From Planctomycetota bacterium (lineage in GTDB: Bacteria > Planctomycetota > UBA11346): a DNA stretch of 64,000 bases. Positions 40,359 to 49,986 of this stretch are shown in pieces. The stretch is taken from NCBI GenBank assembly GCA_038231435.1, contig JBBRLJ010000023.1, positions 1-64,000 on the forward strand, written 5' to 3'. Made by a program: the position numbers and the translations under genes. The notes beneath the pieces were generated by a model. The model made no database searches. It saw nothing but the letters and a program-made list of their open reading frames with translations, and was not told where the DNA came from. How positions within the stretch are numbered: the stretch's first letter is position 1; every line of letters begins with the position of its first letter.

Positions 40359-40916
40359 TCAGAGCGCGACCTTGTCTCCGGCCTTGGCATCCGCCGGCTT
40401 GGGCTTCTTCTCCTTCTCGTGCTTCGGCACCGGTTCGGATACCACGTCGCCGGGGATCTCGATGGTGATGTCGGAGAGCCGCTTCCCGGCCTGGAAGAGG
40501 TTGCCGACCACGATCGCGCAATCGTAATTGTCGGTACCGACATCCGGGCGAATGCTCCAACGCAGATCGAGTTCGAGCGGAGTGAGGGGAGGTAGCTCGG
40601 CGATGCGCGCAGCGGTGACAGGGACGTCGTCGCGGCGATAGGCGTCGGCGCTGAAGGAGCGGCCTTCCACCTGGGCGCGGAATCCGGTCAAGGTGTCGCC
40701 GAGGTTCTTCAGCTCGACGGATGTCTCGCTGAGGTTCTCGAGGCGCAGGCGCACCGCCAAGTGGTCGTCGCGGCGATCGATCGCGACGATGCAGGCGCTG
40801 ACCGCTCCGTTGCTGGCGGATGGCGGAGCGCTGACCGGCTCGGCTGGACGCTCGCGATCATGGTGGTGGCATGCGGCCGCGAGCATGATGGGGAGCAGCA
40901 GGGCGAGGATCCGCAT
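40359..40916 (-). CDS. Hypothetical lipoprotein (paralogue of the neighbour)
   Basis: LAAAC lipobox; aligned motifs with 40985-41503. Confidence 0.75.
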   Translation of the reverse strand: MRILALLLPIMLAAACHHHDRERPAEPVSAPPSASNGAVSACIVAIDRRDDHLAVRLRLENLSETSVELKNLGDTLTGFRAQVEGRSFSADAYRRDDVPVTAARIAELPPLTPLELDLRWSIRPDVGTDNYDCAIVVGNLFQAGKRLSDITIEIPGDVVSEPVPKHEKEKKPKPADAKAGDKVAL

Positions 40917-40984
40917 GGAGTGTCCCGATCGTTTATTGGGTCAGGCGAGCATCCGGCGGCCACCGTCATGACGGCGGTCGGGCG

Positions 40985-41503
40985 TCACTTGGTGGTGTCG
41001 GGGGCGTAGCTCAGGGTGAGGTCGGGGATCTTCTTGTCGTCGATGAACATGTTGGTGATGGTGAGCGTCCACGGGTAGGTGTTGTGGGCGAGCGCCGGCT
41101 CGAAGGTGTACTTCAGGTCAAGCTCGGCTTCGGCCCCTGGGGCGAGCTCGCGTAGGCGCGCTGCGCGCGCCTTGGTGGCCTGCATCTTGCCGGCATCGGC
41201 GCCGATCGCCTCGCGGCCATCGGCGGCCACCTTGAACCCGCCCACGCGCAGCGATTCGGGGTTCTTGAACAGCACGGTCTGCTTGCCGGTGTTCTGCAAG
41301 GTGACGTTGATGTAGAGCGTCTTGTCGCGCTCCTTCATGGAGGTGGCGGTGGCCTTGACGCCGGCGTCGTTGGCGTCGGAGCCGTTGAGCACGACGGTCT
41401 CCGGCCGCTTGCCACCTCCGCACGAGGCGAGGGTCAGGGCGATGGCGATGAACGGCAGGGCGATGATGACGCGGATGTCGTTACTGCTGCTGGGATGGCG
41501 CAT
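40985..41503 (-). CDS. Hypothetical lipoprotein (Ig-like beta sandwich likely)
   Basis: LASC lipobox; INVTLQNTG, ELAPGAEAELDL. Confidence 0.75.
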   Translation of the reverse strand: MRHPSSSNDIRVIIALPFIAIALTLASCGGGKRPETVVLNGSDANDAGVKATATSMKERDKTLYINVTLQNTGKQTVLFKNPESLRVGGFKVAADGREAIGADAGKMQATKARAARLRELAPGAEAELDLKYTFEPALAHNTYPWTLTITNMFIDDKKIPDLTLSYAPDTTK

Positions 41504-41616
41504 GGGAGCTCCTTCGGGGGCTGCGAGGGTCGAGCCTGCGGCGGCGCGCGCAACCGGTTTTGCATCCCTGGCAATGCCGGGCACAGCGGTAGGATCAGGC
41601 CTTCCTGGAACCGACC

Positions 41617-42891
41617 ATGACTCCGCCACGCACACCCGCTCGCATCAAGCCCAGCTCCCACCTCGCGGACGTCCGCTATGAGATCCGCGGCCCATTGGCC
41701 CGGCGCGCCCTCGAGCTCGAGAAGGCCGGCTTCGAGATCATCAAGCTCAACATCGGCAATCCCGGCGCGTTCGGCTTCGCGATGCCCGAGAGCATGCGTC
41801 GCGCGATGATCGACAACCTTCCCGCTTCCGAGCCCTACTGCCATCAGAAGGGCATCTTCCCCGCCCGCGAGGCGGTGGCGATGCAGCAGCAGGCGCGCGG
41901 AGTGCGCGACGTGACTGCCGACGACGTGTTCATCGGCAATGGCGTGAGCGAGCTGATCATGATCGCGCTGCGCGGGCTGCTCGAGGATGGCGATGAGGTG
42001 CTGGTCCCCAGCCCCGACTATCCCCTGTGGACCGCGGCAGTGACCATCAACGGCGCGAAGGCCGTGCACTATCCGTGCCCACGCGAGACCGGCTTCATCC
42101 CCGACATCGAGGCGCTGCGCGCGCTGGTGACGCCGCGCACGCGCGCGCTGGTCATCATCACGCCCAACAATCCCACCGGCGCGGTGTATCCTCGCAAGCT
42201 ACTCGAGCAGATGGTTGCGCTCGCCGAGGAGCATCAGCTGGTGGTGTTCTCGGACGAGATCTACGACCAGATCCTCTACGAGGGCGCCGAGCACGTGCCG
42301 GTGGCGACGCTGGTGAAGAACACCCTGTGCGGGACCTTTGGCGGGCTGTCCAAGGTCTACCGCGCCTGTGGCATCCGCGTGGGCTGGCTGGTGTTCAGCG
42401 GCGAGCGCAGCCAAGCGAACGACTACATGCTGGCGCTCGATCTGCTCGCGAGCCTGCGCTTGTGCGCGAACGTGCCCGGTCAATGGGCGGTACAGACCGC
42501 GCTCGGTGGCCATCAGAGCATCCTCGAGCTCACCGCTCCCGGTGGCCGGCTCTTCCAGACGCGCAAGGCGGTGATCGATGCCGCGAAGCGCAGCAAGTAC
42601 CTCGAGGTGGCGATCCCGAAGGGAGCCATCTACGCCTTCCCGCGGGTCAAGCCGGGAACCATCCGCGATTTCGACGACAAGCGCTTCGCGCTCGACCTGC
42701 TCGAGCGCAAGCACGTTCTGGTCGCGCCGGGCACGAGCTTCAACGTCCCGTACCGCGATTCGTTCCGCATCACCCTGCTTCCCGACGAGCAGGTGATGGC
42801 CGACGTGTTCCGTCGCATCGAGGGACTGCTCGATGAGTACTGTTTGTCCGCTGCAGAGCAGCGGGCCAGGGGCTCCGCCCCTACGGCCTAG
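41617..42891 (+). CDS. alaA: PLP-dependent aminotransferase, AlaA/AlaT type
   Basis: YEIRGP, KLNIGNP, GNGVSELI, PDYPLWTA, NNPTG, DEIYD, GLSKVYR. Confidence 0.9.
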   Translation: MTPPRTPARIKPSSHLADVRYEIRGPLARRALELEKAGFEIIKLNIGNPGAFGFAMPESMRRAMIDNLPASEPYCHQKGIFPAREAVAMQQQARGVRDVTADDVFIGNGVSELIMIALRGLLEDGDEVLVPSPDYPLWTAAVTINGAKAVHYPCPRETGFIPDIEALRALVTPRTRALVIITPNNPTGAVYPRKLLEQMVALAEEHQLVVFSDEIYDQILYEGAEHVPVATLVKNTLCGTFGGLSKVYRACGIRVGWLVFSGERSQANDYMLALDLLASLRLCANVPGQWAVQTALGGHQSILELTAPGGRLFQTRKAVIDAAKRSKYLEVAIPKGAIYAFPRVKPGTIRDFDDKRFALDLLERKHVLVAPGTSFNVPYRDSFRITLLPDEQVMADVFRRIEGLLDEYCLSAAEQRARGSAPTA

Positions 42892-42997
42892 CGGCCTACC
42901 CCACGGGCTTTGTCGTGGCTCGTTTTCACCGTTCCGGTGAAAACGAGGGCGGATGGGCTTCGCCCACCGCCACTCGGCGCCCGGTCGCTGCGCTCCG
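42868..42997 (+). repeat. Structured repeat family A, variant copy overlapping the alaA stop
   Basis: Same head and core, with the compensatory pair GTGGC/GCCAC and a different internal hairpin. Confidence 0.88.
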
Positions 42998-43057
42998 AGG
43001 GGCCGGGGCAGATCCCCCGCGCGATTGCGTCGGACGTCCGAGCGGTACACCAGCAGC

Positions 43058-44755
43058 ATGACCGGAACCAACACCGAGCGCATCTCCGATTCCCCAGCCT
43101 GGAAAGGCCTGGCCGGGCACGTCGGCGATATCCGCAAGACGCATCTGCGCGAGCTGATGCAGGATGGCAAGCGCTGTGCTGCGATGACCGCCGAGCACGA
43201 CGGCATCCTGCTGGATTTCAGCCGGCAGAACGCCGACGCGAAGACCGTGTCGCTGCTGCTCGCGCTCGCGCGCCAGGTCGACCTGCCGGGCAAGCTCGCG
43301 GCGATGGCGGCCGGGGCGAAGATCAACACCACCGAGAACCGCTCGGTGCTGCACATGGCGCTGCGCGCCGAAGCTCCGGCCAAGAAGGCCAAGGGCGCCG
43401 CCGACAAGCCGCTGATCGTCGACGGTGAGGACGTCGTTGCTCAGGTGCATGAGGTGCTCGCGCGGATCAAGACCTTCAGCGACCGCGTGCGCTCAGGGAA
43501 ATGGAAGGGTGCCACCGGCAAGCCACTGACCGACGTCGTGGCGATCGGCATCGGCGGCAGCTACCTCGGTCCGGAATTCGTGTTCGAGGCGCTGCGCACC
43601 GATCCCGCGTGCGCGAAGGCCGCGGCTGGGCGCCGCCTGCGCTTCCTCGCCAACGTCGATCCGATCGACGTCGCTCGCTCGCTCGACGGGCTCGATCCGG
43701 CGCGCACCCTCGCGATCGTCGTCTCGAAGACCTTCACCACCGCCGAGACCATGCTCAACGCGCGTACGGTGCGTGCGTGGCTGGTGAAGAAGCTCGGCAA
43801 GAGCGCGGTCGCCAAGCACATGGTCGCGGTATCGACCAACCTGAAGGAGGTCGAGGCCTTCGGCATCGATCCGGCGAACGCCTTCGGTTTCTGGGACTGG
43901 GTCGGCGGTCGCTACTCGGTGTGCTCCGCCGTGGGCATGCTGCCGCTGAGCCTGCAGTATTCGCACGCGCGGATGACCGAGTTCCTCTCTGGCGCTCGCT
44001 CGCTCGATCGGCACCTGCTCGAGGCGCCGCTCGAGCGCAACCTGCCGGTGCTGATGGGCCTGTTCGGGGTATGGAATTCGACCTTCCTCGGCCATCCCGC
44101 GCGCGCGTTGCTGCCGTACTGCCAGGCGCTGCTGCGCTTCGCGCCGCACATCCAGCAGGTGGACATGGAATCCAACGGCAAGCGCGTGGCGCTCGACGGC
44201 AGCGTGCTGCCATTCGCGGCGGGCGAGATCGACTTCGGCGAGCCGGGTACCAATGGCCAGCATTCGTTCTACCAGCTGGTCCACCAGGGGCGGGTGGTGC
44301 CGGCGGATTTCATCGGTTTCCGCGCCAGCCAGCAGCCGGTGCGGCTGAAGGGCAAAAACGAGCCAGTCTCGAATCACGACGAGCTGATGGCGAACTTCTT
44401 CGCCCAGCCGGATGCGCTGGCGATAGGCAAGAGCGCTGAGGAATGCCGCGCCGAGGGCGTGCCCGAGGAGCTGATTCCCCACAAGGTGTTCCCGGGGAAC
44501 CGGCCCTCGAACGTGCTGCTGTTGGAACGGCTGACCGCGTACACCTGCGGACAACTGCTCGCGCTCTACGAGCATCGCACCGCCGTGCAGGGATTCGTGT
44601 GGGGCCTGAACAGCTTCGACCAGTGGGGCGTCGAGCTCGGCAAGGTGCTGGCCAAGCAGGTGCGCAGCCAGCTCGCCCGCAGCCGGGAGGGCAAGGCGCC
44701 GGTGACCGGTTTCAATCCCGCTACAAAGCTGTTACTCGAGCGCTACCTGCGCTGA
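43058..44755 (+). CDS. pgi: Glucose-6-phosphate isomerase
   Basis: [47 protein letters not shown]. Confidence 0.98.
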   Translation: MTGTNTERISDSPAWKGLAGHVGDIRKTHLRELMQDGKRCAAMTAEHDGILLDFSRQNADAKTVSLLLALARQVDLPGKLAAMAAGAKINTTENRSVLHMALRAEAPAKKAKGAADKPLIVDGEDVVAQVHEVLARIKTFSDRVRSGKWKGATGKPLTDVVAIGIGGSYLGPEFVFEALRTDPACAKAAAGRRLRFLANVDPIDVARSLDGLDPARTLAIVVSKTFTTAETMLNARTVRAWLVKKLGKSAVAKHMVAVSTNLKEVEAFGIDPANAFGFWDWVGGRYSVCSAVGMLPLSLQYSHARMTEFLSGARSLDRHLLEAPLERNLPVLMGLFGVWNSTFLGHPARALLPYCQALLRFAPHIQQVDMESNGKRVALDGSVLPFAAGEIDFGEPGTNGQHSFYQLVHQGRVVPADFIGFRASQQPVRLKGKNEPVSNHDELMANFFAQPDALAIGKSAEECRAEGVPEELIPHKVFPGNRPSNVLLLERLTAYTCGQLLALYEHRTAVQGFVWGLNSFDQWGVELGKVLAKQVRSQLARSREGKAPVTGFNPATKLLLERYLR

Positions 44756-44781
44756 CATGATCCCGGGACAGGGGGTCGGCC

Positions 44782-45567
44782 ATGGATTCAGCGCGAGCGA
44801 GCTGGGGCTTCCGCATCATTATCGTCGTCGCGTGCGGGGCCTTGGCGCTTTCGGTCTCGTCGGCTATCGGCTGCGGCCATCGTGATCCGGGGAGCTCCGG
44901 GTCGACCACCCACGCGCCAGCGTCGAGCATCCCGGAGCCGAGCACTGAGCGCGTTGGACCCGCCGAGGCGCGGAGACTGGTGCAGGCGCGCATCCAGGCC
45001 GCGCATCCCACCGCCGATCCGACGCGCGTCTCAGCGGTGGCGGTCAGCGAGGTCGCGGTTCCCGAACTGTGGGAACGCATGCGCATGCAGGTGTTCGCGG
45101 CGGAGGACGACCTGTGGAACGGCTATTACGTGATGCGCGGTTCCGAAGCGGTCGAGCTGGGGCGCAGCTTTGGTGGATATGGGCTGCTATCGATCTGCGT
45201 GTGCGATCTCGATGGCGATGGCGTTCCCGAGCTTGCGTACAGCTGCTCCTGGGGATCGGGAATGCATCGTACCGAGCTCGCGATCCTCGACGGCAGGGGG
45301 TTCCCGCGCCAGGACCAGCCGGTTATGAGCTTCCCAAACGTCGACCTGTTCCTGCGCAAGCAGGATGACCGCACGGTGCTCGTCGAGCAGGGGAGGTTCG
45401 AGTCGGTGAACCGCTGGAGAACGCTGGCGCGTCTCGGAATGCTGCGCAGCGAGCCCGCGAACGCTTTGGGAGGCGCTCCGGGAGGCAATGCCATCACGCC
45501 CAGCATCGAATTCGCCCCGGACGCGCCAGCTTCCGTTCGCCCGTGGCCCGAGCCGCCCGCCAGATAG
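44782..45567 (+). CDS. Hypothetical lipoprotein
   Basis: AIGC lipobox; DLDGDGVPEL Ca-binding-like motif. Confidence 0.65.
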   Translation: MDSARASWGFRIIIVVACGALALSVSSAIGCGHRDPGSSGSTTHAPASSIPEPSTERVGPAEARRLVQARIQAAHPTADPTRVSAVAVSEVAVPELWERMRMQVFAAEDDLWNGYYVMRGSEAVELGRSFGGYGLLSICVCDLDGDGVPELAYSCSWGSGMHRTELAILDGRGFPRQDQPVMSFPNVDLFLRKQDDRTVLVEQGRFESVNRWRTLARLGMLRSEPANALGGAPGGNAITPSIEFAPDAPASVRPWPEPPAR

Positions 45568-45628
45568 GCCGGGTATTCCAGGGTTTTGCCCCAGCCCCAG
45601 CGCTCTCCGCTTTCTGCTTACCGCGTTC

Positions 45629-48178
45629 TCAGCGTATGCGCCGCCGCGCGAAGCTCGCGGCGAACGCCAGCAGCACGATCGCCAATCCGCCCATGCCGCA
45701 TTTGCCGCTTCCGTCGCTTGAGGTGAAAGCTGCCGAGGGCGCGTAATCCACCGAGGTCGACTGGGCGGTGTTGCCATTGTTCGCGGCATCGAAGGTCGTG
45801 TTCGGGGGCAGCGAGAAGGTCACGGCTCCAGGGCTGATCGGCGTCACGGTGATGATGAAGGTGTTGCCCGGCCCGGCGGTGATCGAATCGATGACGCCGT
45901 TGCCGACGATGAACGACGATGCGCTGACCGCCGACACCGGCTCTGAAAAGCCGAGCGTGACGGTGAATGGCGAGGTGGTCACGGTGGCGGCGCTGACGGT
46001 GATGATCGGCGGCACGGTATCGTAGATCATCACGCCATGCGCGGTGATGTTGGGATGGCCGTTCGGGCCGACGGCATCGCCTCCCGCCAGATCGACGGTG
46101 ACCGGACCGTTGGCGCTAGGGGTCACGTCCAGGCTGTAGACCGCTCCAGAGCCGCTGAAGGCACTCGCGACGCCGTTGCCGACCACGATGTCGCTCGCGT
46201 CGAAGCCGATCATGGCGGCGGCGAAGGTGAAGGTGAAGGTGATCGGCGATTGGTTGGTGGCGGTCCCGGTGGGCGTCACCGCCACGGAGTAGGCCAGGCT
46301 GTCCATCGTGGCGCCCACGCTGGCGGCTGGCGACAGGTTGCCCGCCAGGTCGGTCGACGTGCCAGCGGACATGCCCACGCTGACTGCGCCGTTGGCGGTG
46401 GGCGTGATGTCGATGGTGTAGACGCTGCCGCTGCCCGCGAGGGGGCCCTTGGTGCCGTTGGTGACGTTCACGTCCGCCGCGGTGAATCCGGTCACCGGCT
46501 CGGAAAAGGTGAAGGTATAGGTGTATGGGCTGCCATTGAGGATGGCGTTTACCGGGGTGATTGCGACCGTGGGCGGGGTGCGATCGCTGATGATCGAGAC
46601 GCCGGTCGCGAGCACGCCATTGCCGACCAGATCGGTAGTCGAATCGGCTCCGACCGTGACCGTGACCGGCCCGTCGGCGGTCGGCGCCACGGCCAGGGTA
46701 TAGGTGGTGCCACTGCCGGCGAATACTCCAGCGGTGCCATTCGCGACCGTCACGCCCGACGCGGCGAAGCTGGTGATCGGCTCGGCGAAGGTGAATGTGA
46801 AGGTCACCGTGTTGGCGTTGGTGGAGATGCCGGCCGGCGTGATGGTGACCACCGGCGGAGTGCGGTCGCTGGTCACCGATGCAGATGCGCCGGCCGCGAG
46901 CGCATTGCCGGCGAGATCGGTGCACGCGGCCGCGGCCGTGCTGACGCTGACCACGCCGTCGGCGGCCGGAACCACCTGCAGGGTGTACGACGCTCCGCTG
47001 CCGGTGAGCGCGCCCGTGGTGCCATTGGTCACGGTGACATCGCTGGCGGTGAAGCCGGTGACCGCTTCGTTGAAGGTGAAGACGAAGGGGATCGGGCTGA
47101 GGTTGTTAGCGCCGGAATTGGGCGAGATGGCCACGGTTGGTGGCGTGCGATCGCTGATCACCGAGGCCGAGCCCGCGAGATTGCCGTTTCCGAAGGAGTT
47201 CAGGGCGGCGTTCGCGGCCACCGAGACCGACACCGTCCCATCCGCGGCCGGGGCCACGTCCAGCGAATAGATCGAGCCGGTGACGCTGGCGAACGCCCCG
47301 GCGGTGCCGCCGCTGACCGCGATGTCGGCGAGCGTGAAGCCGGTGACATCTTCGCCGAAATTGAAGAGGAAGGAGATGGGCGATGCGTTGGTGCGCAGTC
47401 CGCTCGGGGTGATGGTCAGGTGCGGCGTGCGCACGGGAAAGATGAAGACGCCCGGTTGCCCGATGTTGCTCTGATTGACCAGATCGAGCATCTGCGCCTG
47501 GTTGCCGGACTGGGGAAACTCGTAGAAATTCACACCGTTACCCGATGAATACCCGGCTCGCGCGTGCACGCCGCCGCTCGCGTCGCCGGTGGTCCACTGC
47601 AAGGCCTCGTAACGGAATTCGATGTCGAAGTCCCCATTGCCGCGATCGAGCAGGCGGATCTGGAAGGCGTCCTGCAGATCGTCGTGCATGCTGTAGTAGC
47701 CGACGTCATCCCAGGTGAAGGTGATGACGCGATTGGCCGCATCGAAATCGTAGTAGACGAGATTGGTGCCCATCGATGTGCCGCCAGGGGTCTGGATGAA
47801 CGGAGGACCGTTGCCGCCAGCCCGGGTATCCACATCGGCGTAGAATGCGGCGATGATCGGCAGCGAGGTGGCGCCATCGATGGCGTCGGGAACGAAACTG
47901 CCTGAACCAGCACCGAAGGTCAGGTTGCCGTTGTTGTTCACGAACACGTCGGTGTAGGTCGTGCCGAAGAACCTGATGCCGGATGGGAACACCGAGGTCA
48001 GCGACACCGCCTGGAAGCTGTCGTCGTTGCGCAGCAGCTGGCCCTCGCCGAAGCCAGCCGGACCGCCCAACCCAGTGACCAGCGCCGAGGCTGCCGAGGC
48101 CGTGCTCCCGCAGCAGCAGACGAGTGCTAGGCACATGCCGACGATGAAACGGGATAGGGGCGAGCGCACGTGAGCCAT
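45629..48178 (-). CDS. Surface protein: nidogen-like (NIDO) domain, about six bacterial Ig-like repeats, C-terminal sorting tail (start uncertain)
   Basis: FVNNNGNLTF, IAAFYADVD, LQWTTGD; repeated DRTPPTV...FTFSEPVTGF...DLAGN; tail GSGKCGMGG-hydrophobic-RRRIR. Confidence 0.82.
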   Translation of the reverse strand: MAHVRSPLSRFIVGMCLALVCCCGSTASAASALVTGLGGPAGFGEGQLLRNDDSFQAVSLTSVFPSGIRFFGTTYTDVFVNNNGNLTFGAGSGSFVPDAIDGATSLPIIAAFYADVDTRAGGNGPPFIQTPGGTSMGTNLVYYDFDAANRVITFTWDDVGYYSMHDDLQDAFQIRLLDRGNGDFDIEFRYEALQWTTGDASGGVHARAGYSSGNGVNFYEFPQSGNQAQMLDLVNQSNIGQPGVFIFPVRTPHLTITPSGLRTNASPISFLFNFGEDVTGFTLADIAVSGGTAGAFASVTGSIYSLDVAPAADGTVSVSVAANAALNSFGNGNLAGSASVISDRTPPTVAISPNSGANNLSPIPFVFTFNEAVTGFTASDVTVTNGTTGALTGSGASYTLQVVPAADGVVSVSTAAAACTDLAGNALAAGASASVTSDRTPPVVTITPAGISTNANTVTFTFTFAEPITSFAASGVTVANGTAGVFAGSGTTYTLAVAPTADGPVTVTVGADSTTDLVGNGVLATGVSIISDRTPPTVAITPVNAILNGSPYTYTFTFSEPVTGFTAADVNVTNGTKGPLAGSGSVYTIDITPTANGAVSVGMSAGTSTDLAGNLSPAASVGATMDSLAYSVAVTPTGTATNQSPITFTFTFAAAMIGFDASDIVVGNGVASAFSGSGAVYSLDVTPSANGPVTVDLAGGDAVGPNGHPNITAHGVMIYDTVPPIITVSAATVTTSPFTVTLGFSEPVSAVSASSFIVGNGVIDSITAGPGNTFIITVTPISPGAVTFSLPPNTTFDAANNGNTAQSTSVDYAPSAAFTSSDGSGKCGMGGLAIVLLAFAASFARRRIR

Positions 48179-48392
48179 AAGATAAGTACCCGGAATAGAG
48201 GGATTTATACGATTAAGGACGGGCATGGTATCGACTTTCGCGAGCGAGTCACCTGCGTGATTCCTACCACATGTGTACCCCATAATCGACGTCCCCGCAG
48301 GTGCCTCGTGATAGACGGGCCCGCGCGACATTGGACGGCGGCTTCCACCGGAAGTTCACCACGGTGTGTGGCGGAGCGAGCGGCGAGCGGCT

Positions 48393-49859
48393 TTACAGGG
48401 CGTGAAAATAGCCCGCAAGGGCTGGATACAGCCCACGGAAGGCCACCGCCGACTCACGGTAGGCGGCGACCGCCTGGCGCCGTGGTGTGAAGGTGCGTTC
48501 GATCGGCCCAGGGGCGCAGGCGCGGTCACGAGGAATCCCGCAGCAGCCGATGAGCGCGAGCCGCGCTCCGCCGAGCGCGGGCCCGGCATCGGCGCCGGCG
48601 CGCAGCATCACTCGGGCGTCGCAGACGTCGGCGAGGATCTGCATCCACTCGGGCGAGCGCGTGCCGCCGCCGGTGACGGTGGCTTCCCTGACGGTGGTGC
48701 CGGCCGCGCGGATCAGGCGCAGGCTTTCGGCGAGGCCCAGGCTGATGCCTTCGAGCACCGCGCGCGTCAGGTGCGCGCGGGTGTGCCTGCGCGTCAGGCC
48801 GATGAATCCACCGCGCGCGCGCGGGTCGCACAGCGGCGTGCGTTCGCCAGTCAGGTAGGGGAGGAACATCAAGCCCTCGGCGCCGATGGGGGCCGAGGCC
48901 GCCTCGGCGCACAGCGCGCCGAACTCGGCGCCAGGAGCGCAGGTATCGCGGTACCACTGCAGGCTGCCGGCTGCCGACAGCATCACCCCCATCTGATGCC
49001 AAGTCTTGGGCAGTGCATGACAGAAGGTGTGGAGACGCCCGTCCTTCTCGGGGCTATAGCCCTTGGTGGTGGTGAAGACCACGCCCGAGGTGCCGAGAGC
49101 GATGGTGGTCTGACCCGGCTTCACGCAGCCGGCTCCAACCGCACCCGCCGCTTGGTCGCCGGCGCCGCCGACCACCGGCGTGCCCACGGGCACGCCCAGT
49201 TCCTCCGCAGCCGCGGCGGTGACCTCACCCGAGACTTCGCTGCCTTCGATCAGCCGACCGAGGTACGACTCGTCGATGCCGCAGGCAGCGAGCATGGCCT
49301 GACTCCAGCGCCGCTTGGCGACGTCCATCAGCAGCATGCCGGCGCCATCGGACATCTCGGCGACCTTCGCGCCGGTGAGCTTCAAGCGCAGCCAATCCTT
49401 TGGCAGCAGCACAGTGCGCACCTGCTTCCAGACCTTCGGTTCATGGCGTTGGACCCACAGCAGCTTCGGCGCCGTGAAGCCGACGAGGGCGCGATTGCCG
49501 GTCTCGCGGATCAGTTTCGGCACGCGCTTGTGCAGCAGGTCGCATTCGGCCTGGCAGCGGCCATCGTTCCACAAGATCGCGGGCCGGACCACGCGCTCCT
49601 GGGAATCGAGCAGCACCGCGCCGTGCATCTGGCCGCCGATGCCGATGCCCTCGATGATCTCGCCGGGCTTCTTCGCCAAGGTGGCACGCACCGCCGCGAC
49701 CAGGCCCCTCCACCAATCGGCGGGGGCCTGCTCGCTCCACAGCGGCTTCGGCGTGGACAGCGGATACTCCGCGGTCGCTGACGCGAGGATGGCGCCGTCT
49801 CGCGAGACCAGCACGCATTTGCAGCCCGAGGTGCCGAGATCGATTCCGAGGACAGACAT
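48393..49859 (-). CDS. xylB: Xylulokinase
   Basis: GIDLGTS, GQMHG, ILWND, PKLLWV, GAGDQAAG, LGTSG, PYLTGERTP. Confidence 0.95.
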   Translation of the reverse strand: MSVLGIDLGTSGCKCVLVSRDGAILASATAEYPLSTPKPLWSEQAPADWWRGLVAAVRATLAKKPGEIIEGIGIGGQMHGAVLLDSQERVVRPAILWNDGRCQAECDLLHKRVPKLIRETGNRALVGFTAPKLLWVQRHEPKVWKQVRTVLLPKDWLRLKLTGAKVAEMSDGAGMLLMDVAKRRWSQAMLAACGIDESYLGRLIEGSEVSGEVTAAAAEELGVPVGTPVVGGAGDQAAGAVGAGCVKPGQTTIALGTSGVVFTTTKGYSPEKDGRLHTFCHALPKTWHQMGVMLSAAGSLQWYRDTCAPGAEFGALCAEAASAPIGAEGLMFLPYLTGERTPLCDPRARGGFIGLTRRHTRAHLTRAVLEGISLGLAESLRLIRAAGTTVREATVTGGGTRSPEWMQILADVCDARVMLRAGADAGPALGGARLALIGCCGIPRDRACAPGPIERTFTPRRQAVAAYRESAVAFRGLYPALAGYFHAL

Positions 49860-49986
49860 GCGGCCCTTCCCTGCGCCGGCGGATGACCGGCGAGGCGCGG
49901 AGTTGAGACCTGTTGGAAGCGCTTTCAAGCGGCAAGCCGCCGTACCGCGTTCGTGGTGACGCTAGCGAGGCGTCAGAGCCCGCGCG

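Noticed and set aside
45770..47410. DNA-level repeats in the surface protein gene as a mobile or array element
   Set aside because: Explained by in-frame Ig-like domain repeats.
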